From the NCBI GenBank assembly GCA_030606485.1, contig JAUWGH010000002.1, positions 457,667-489,666 of the forward strand: 32,000 nt of DNA, given 5' to 3'. The stretch's first letter is position 1, and each line of letters starts with the position of its first letter. Shown here one piece after another: positions 29,258-32,000 of this stretch. Below the pieces are notes generated by a model. It was not told where the DNA came from, made no database searches, and was given only the letters and a program-made list of their open reading frames with translations. Origin of the DNA: Promethearchaeota archaeon. GTDB lineage: Archaea; Asgardarchaeota; Lokiarchaeia; Sigyniarchaeales; SOKP01. The position numbers and the translations under genes are program-made.

Positions 29258-31180
29258 ATGACATTAAAAATTAAAAATGAATGGTTCATTGATGATAAAG
29301 GACGATCAGTGTTATTAAGAGGGGTTAATTTAGGAGGGAGCTCAAAAGTTCCAGTTAAACCTAATGGTGCGACTCATATTAAGACTGATTTTAATAATCA
29401 TAGAGATGTTTCTTTTGTAGGGCGTCCGTTCCCAATAAATGAAGCCGCTGAACATTATAAGCGCTTAAAATATTGGGGTTTTAATTGTTTAAGATTTATT
29501 ATAACTTGGGAAGCCATAGAGCATGAAGGTCCAAAACAATATGATAATGGATATTTAGACTATATAGAAGAAATATTAAAAATTGCTGAGAGTTATGGAT
29601 TTTTTGTATTTATTGACCCCCATCAAGATGTTTGGAGCAGAATGTCGGGAGGGGATGGCGCTCCCGGTTGGATTTTTGAAAAAGTTGGGTTAGATTTCAC
29701 TAAATTTGATGCGGCGGAAGCAGCATTTGTTATGCAATATAGATATGACCCTAAAGATCCGAAAAAATATCCTTCAATGTATTGGGTAAATAATGCACTT
29801 AGATTTGCCAACGGACATATGTGGACATTATTTTTTGGGGGTAGAGATTTTGCGCCGTCCTGTAAAATCGATGGAATTAATGTTCAGGATTATTTACAGA
29901 ATCATTATTTTGAAGCAATTAAGCAAGTAGCCCAAAGAGTTAAAGATAATCAGAATGTTATCGGATTTGATACATTAAACGAACCGGAACAAGGCTGGAT
30001 TGAAAAAAGTGTGGATGGGAGTTCTGAGGATTATTCTCAAGAATTAGGATACAAATTCACTCCAATTGATGCGATGCTGACAGCTTCAGGATTTTCTAGG
30101 GCTATTGGATATAATGAAATTAAGCGATTCGGCATAAAGGAAACGAGGAAAGATGAATTAAATCCTGAAAAAATTTCAGTGTGGCTTGAAGGTTATGAGG
30201 ATCTATGGAGAAAAGAAGGAATATGGGGATTAGATGATAATGGAGGCCCAATTATTCTAAAAAATGATTATTTTATAAGAGTGAAAGGGAAAAAAATTGA
30301 TTTTTATCGAGATTATTTATCCCCATTTATAACAAAATATACTGAAGCCATTCGAAGTGTAATCCCTGATTCAATAATTTTTTTTGAGGGGCCATCCGAA
30401 AGAATGATGAAAGAAGATAAGTTTAACTTTATTGTTCCGAAAAATGCAGTAAATGCTGCGCACTGGTATGATGTAGCTACTTTAGGTAAAAAACAAGCAA
30501 TGTTAAAGGGAAATTTTGATAGAAGAACAGGAAAAATCGTTGTTGGGAAAAAAAATATTCAAAAAATGTTTATCAGTCAATTAAAAACTATTAAAGATGT
30601 TGCTAAATCTATACAGGGAGGTATTCCAACTTTAATAGGAGAATTTGGATTACCTTATGACCTTAATAAAAAAGAAGCTTATGGGAAATATAAAACAGAA
30701 CCAGAAACAGCATGGGATTCACACATAAATGCTCTCACGATGTATTATAACGCATTAGATGCAAATTTATTACATTCTTTTCAGTGGAATTACACGGCAG
30801 ATAATAATAACGTGTGGGGAGACTTATGGAACTTGGAGGATTTATCAATCTTTAGCAAGGATCAACAGATCGATCCAGCTGATATAAATAGCGGAGGAAG
30901 GGCAATTAATGGTTTCTGTCGTCCACATTTCATTCGTTGTGCTGATATTCCGTTAAAAATGGAGTTTGACATTGAAGAAGGAACCTTTTCTTTTGATTTT
31001 GATGGGAATCCGTCAATTAATGCGCCTTCAATTCTTTATATTCCCAAAATCCAGTATCCAAAAGGTTTTGACATAATTATTTCTGAGGGAGAAATTGAAA
31101 AAAGAGAGGACGAGCAATTAGTATACATAAAATCCAAAACAGAGGGAATTCATACAATTAAAATTGTAAAAAAAGCCTAA
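29258..31180 (+). CDS. GH5 glycoside hydrolase, endoglycoceramidase/steryl-beta-glucosidase-like
   Basis: GRSVLLRGVNLGG, TWEAIEH, DPHQDVWSR...GGDGAPGW, acid/base TLNEP, nucleophile IGEFG, WNY...GDLWNLEDLSIFS, C-terminal beta domain. Confidence 0.9.
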   Translation: MTLKIKNEWFIDDKGRSVLLRGVNLGGSSKVPVKPNGATHIKTDFNNHRDVSFVGRPFPINEAAEHYKRLKYWGFNCLRFIITWEAIEHEGPKQYDNGYLDYIEEILKIAESYGFFVFIDPHQDVWSRMSGGDGAPGWIFEKVGLDFTKFDAAEAAFVMQYRYDPKDPKKYPSMYWVNNALRFANGHMWTLFFGGRDFAPSCKIDGINVQDYLQNHYFEAIKQVAQRVKDNQNVIGFDTLNEPEQGWIEKSVDGSSEDYSQELGYKFTPIDAMLTASGFSRAIGYNEIKRFGIKETRKDELNPEKISVWLEGYEDLWRKEGIWGLDDNGGPIILKNDYFIRVKGKKIDFYRDYLSPFITKYTEAIRSVIPDSIIFFEGPSERMMKEDKFNFIVPKNAVNAAHWYDVATLGKKQAMLKGNFDRRTGKIVVGKKNIQKMFISQLKTIKDVAKSIQGGIPTLIGEFGLPYDLNKKEAYGKYKTEPETAWDSHINALTMYYNALDANLLHSFQWNYTADNNNVWGDLWNLEDLSIFSKDQQIDPADINSGGRAINGFCRPHFIRCADIPLKMEFDIEEGTFSFDFDGNPSINAPSILYIPKIQYPKGFDIIISEGEIEKREDEQLVYIKSKTEGIHTIKIVKKA

Positions 31181-31204
31181 ATTGATAAATTCTTTTTATT
31201 TTTT

Positions 31205-31942
31205 CTACTTCCCCCTACGCCGTGTTCTTCTTAAATATTCTCTAATGTCTTCTATTAACATTTCTTCATTATAATCGGGCCAATAATCGTCGCGAAATCT
31301 AAACTCTGCGTATGAAGCATCCCACAATAAAAATCCCGAAATCCTTGCTCCATCTTCCATTCCTGTTCTTATAATATAATCGACTTCAGGAAAATCTCGA
31401 GTATAAAGATGATTCTTAATAACTTCTCGATTAATATCTCCTGCTTTAACACCATTTTTAATAATTTCTTTCACAGCATCTACGATTTCTTCTTGTCCAT
31501 CATACATTATACATAAATTGATAAAGTTTTGATCGTTTTCTTTTGTAAATTCAATTAATTCATTAATTTTTGCCCTAACATCCGCCGGTAATAGATGCAC
31601 TCTTCCTATTACATTAAAATTAACTTTTTCTTCTTTAACTGTTGCTTCCTTTATCACTGCATCGACTGCGTCTAATATTATGCGAAAAATGTATTTAATC
31701 TCTTCTTCGCTTCTTTTTTTTAAATTCTCAAGCGATAAGGCGTAGATACTTAAATAATGAACCCCAGCTTCAAAAAAGTCAAATAATCTCTTTTTTAAAT
31801 TTTGATAGCCAATAAGATGGCCAACATTTGCACCAAACAGATTTTTGGCAGCCCAACGGCGGTTAACGTTTAAAAGCGGTAATCTCTTCTAATTTCCGTC
31901 CAATATCAAACCAACATGTTTGGGTAATTTATTTTCTGATAT
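31205..31942 (-). CDS. uppS: Cis-prenyltransferase (UppS-type polyprenyl diphosphate synthase), interrupted by a 30-nt insert; intron-containing gene or pseudogene
   Basis: One frame reads (I)SENKLPKHVGLILDGN[*KRLPLLNVN]RRWAAKN...YALSLENLKKRSEEEI...IIRTGMEDGARISGFLLWDASYAEF. Removing 30 nt gives a 235-aa protein. The ORF track's 31657 start is internal. No canonical start in frame; ATA 31940-31942 used as the 5' limit. Confidence 0.85.
31864..31893 (-). other. Candidate bulge-helix-bulge intron in uppS mRNA (30 nt)
   Basis: Insert AUUAGAAGAGAUUACCGCUUUUAAACGUUA contains an in-frame UAG. Fold: outer UGG/CCG, central ACGG/ACGU, bulges AA^A and UA^A, inner UUAGAAG/CUUUUAA. The predicted cuts give GAC GGA AAC CGC CGU UGG (DGNRRW). 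Confidence 0.6.
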
Positions 31943-32000
31943 ATCTTTTTGTTATTCCAATATGATGTGAATATTTAAGATATTTTTTCAATTACTCCGA

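Noticed and set aside
6753-29811. Other short ORF-track entries (6753, 9160, 12868, 12901, 14775, 17637, 18263, 19149, 19573, 20077, 25105, 26670, 26755, 29623)
   Set aside because: All lie within or overlap well-supported genes on the other strand or frame and show no recognisable motifs.
31889-31891. Amber read-through (pyrrolysine or recoding) of the TAG in uppS
   Set aside because: Read-through would leave 10 extra residues inside the DGNRRW diphosphate-binding motif, and every other gene here uses TAG/TAA/TGA as normal stops.
31658-31942. Treating the ORF-track start at 31657 as the real uppS start
   Set aside because: It omits the whole catalytic N-terminus, which is present upstream in the same frame.
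1-32000. tRNA, rRNA, CRISPR array, IS/transposase or integrase
   Set aside because: No T-loop/cloverleaf signature, no long GC-rich non-coding tract, no regularly spaced repeats and no transposase or integrase motifs were seen by eye.

Overview
AT-rich (about 25-33% GC in hand-counted lines) archaeal chromosomal segment. A Rab-like small GTPase, a longin-like domain and the general gene repertoire point to an Asgard archaeon, most likely Lokiarchaeia (inference). Left to right: a 5'-truncated L-fucose/arabinose isomerase-like gene; a GNAT / 1180-aa unknown / DNA methyltransferase run; a signalling cluster; a CoA-ester metabolism block (MenB/BadI-like crotonase with anomalous ~49% GC, 3-hydroxyacyl-CoA dehydrogenase, acyl-CoA dehydrogenase); several small membrane proteins; a divergent sugar MFS / GH5 glycosidase pair; and uppS. 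The signalling cluster holds a 1689-aa receptor-like protein (beta-helix, Ca-binding repeats, Ig-like domain, TM, Swt1-HEPN-like domain, TIR), two TIR gene relics, a RelA/SpoT-like-TPR-SLOG-longin fusion and the Rab-like GTPase. Top finding: uppS is interrupted inside its catalytic DGNRRW motif by a 30-nt stop-containing insert. The insert folds into a near-canonical bulge-helix-bulge whose predicted cut sites restore DGNRRW exactly, making it a candidate endonuclease-spliced mRNA intron. The main caveat is that the same gene has no ATG/GTG/TTG start in frame, so it could instead be a pseudogene. No tRNA, rRNA, CRISPR array or IS element was seen.
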